From Camelus dromedarius (lineage: Eukaryota), in assembly GCF_036321535.1 (NCBI RefSeq), contig NC_087436.1, positions 116,810,001 through 116,874,000 of the forward strand: DNA of 64,000 nucleotides. The letters are read 5' to 3'. A program made the translations under genes and the position numbers. Of this stretch, positions 63,474 to 64,000 are shown one piece after another (within the stretch, counting starts at the first letter, position 1; the number at the start of each line of letters is the position of its first letter). Below the pieces are notes generated by a model that searched no databases, was not told the origin of the DNA, and saw nothing but the letters and a program-made list of their open reading frames with translations.

Positions 63474-64000
63474 GTCCTGATCGAAGTACAACCAGGAATG
63501 CCATTCTGTTTGAAGACATGAATGGGAATCTTCCAGGAAGCTTCTAGAAGTTTTTTTCTCACTACCAAGAGCTACACACACGGGTGGAGTCCTGCTCTTT
63601 TCCCTTGGATCTTGTGCTGTCTGCAGGAGGTGACAGGGCCGCTGCATTAGCTGGAGGACAACACTGCTAGATCAAAGATGGCAGCCAGTAGAGACGGAAA
63701 GACCCACTTTGATGGCGGTCTAACGTCTGTGGCTCCCCTTCCCCTGGACCTCAGGACAGATGAGATCATACATTTCCTTGGTGATTAAACCAGCTTGGAG
63801 TTTTCTGTTCACCGGAGGTGAAGCCAGCCATCTCAATGGAATGGAAGGCATTCTAAAGTAGCTACTACTACTCCTCATTTTACATATGGGAAAACAAAAA
63901 GCCAGAGAAGCCACCCTGCTCTCGGTCCTAAAGCAGATACATGACAGGGCCCGGACTTAGTCCCAGCTCTGCCTTGCCGTACACCTAGTTTTATATCGAT

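Noticed and set aside
1..64000. CRISPR array, operon or other novel multi-gene system
   Set aside because: This is mammalian intron/intergenic DNA. I saw no regularly spaced repeat-spacer array and no second supportable gene.

Overview
Mammalian genomic DNA, almost certainly camelid (alpaca/llama/camel), judged from a Vic-1-like tRNA-derived SINE and young lineage-type L1 3' ends. The only protein-coding content I can support is the 3' part of CLNK (MIST; SLP-76/BLNK-family adaptor) on the + strand. It has 11 GT-AG-bounded exons (8222-8247, 8460-8479, 10008-10118, 16710-16737, 21228-21246, 22964-23045, 26697-26737, 30043-30176, 33686-33763, 38265-38420, 46156-46299). They splice phase-consistently into 839 nt of open frame encoding the proline-rich region and an intact C-terminal SH2 domain; the 5' exons lie upstream of the window. 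The rest is intron or intergenic sequence dense in L1, L2, MIR, MaLR/ERVL LTR and hAT DNA-transposon relics and microsatellites. Repeat family names are from remembered consensus sequences and their boundaries are approximate. I found no evidence of a new multi-gene system. The most notable oddities are: an L1 with a probable 3' transduction; a 21-bp exact templated duplication; an unexplained ~550-bp retrocopy-like insert inside an old L1; a duplicated near-pure-purine tract; a divergent/convergent set of CTCF motifs; and NAGNAG acceptors in CLNK.
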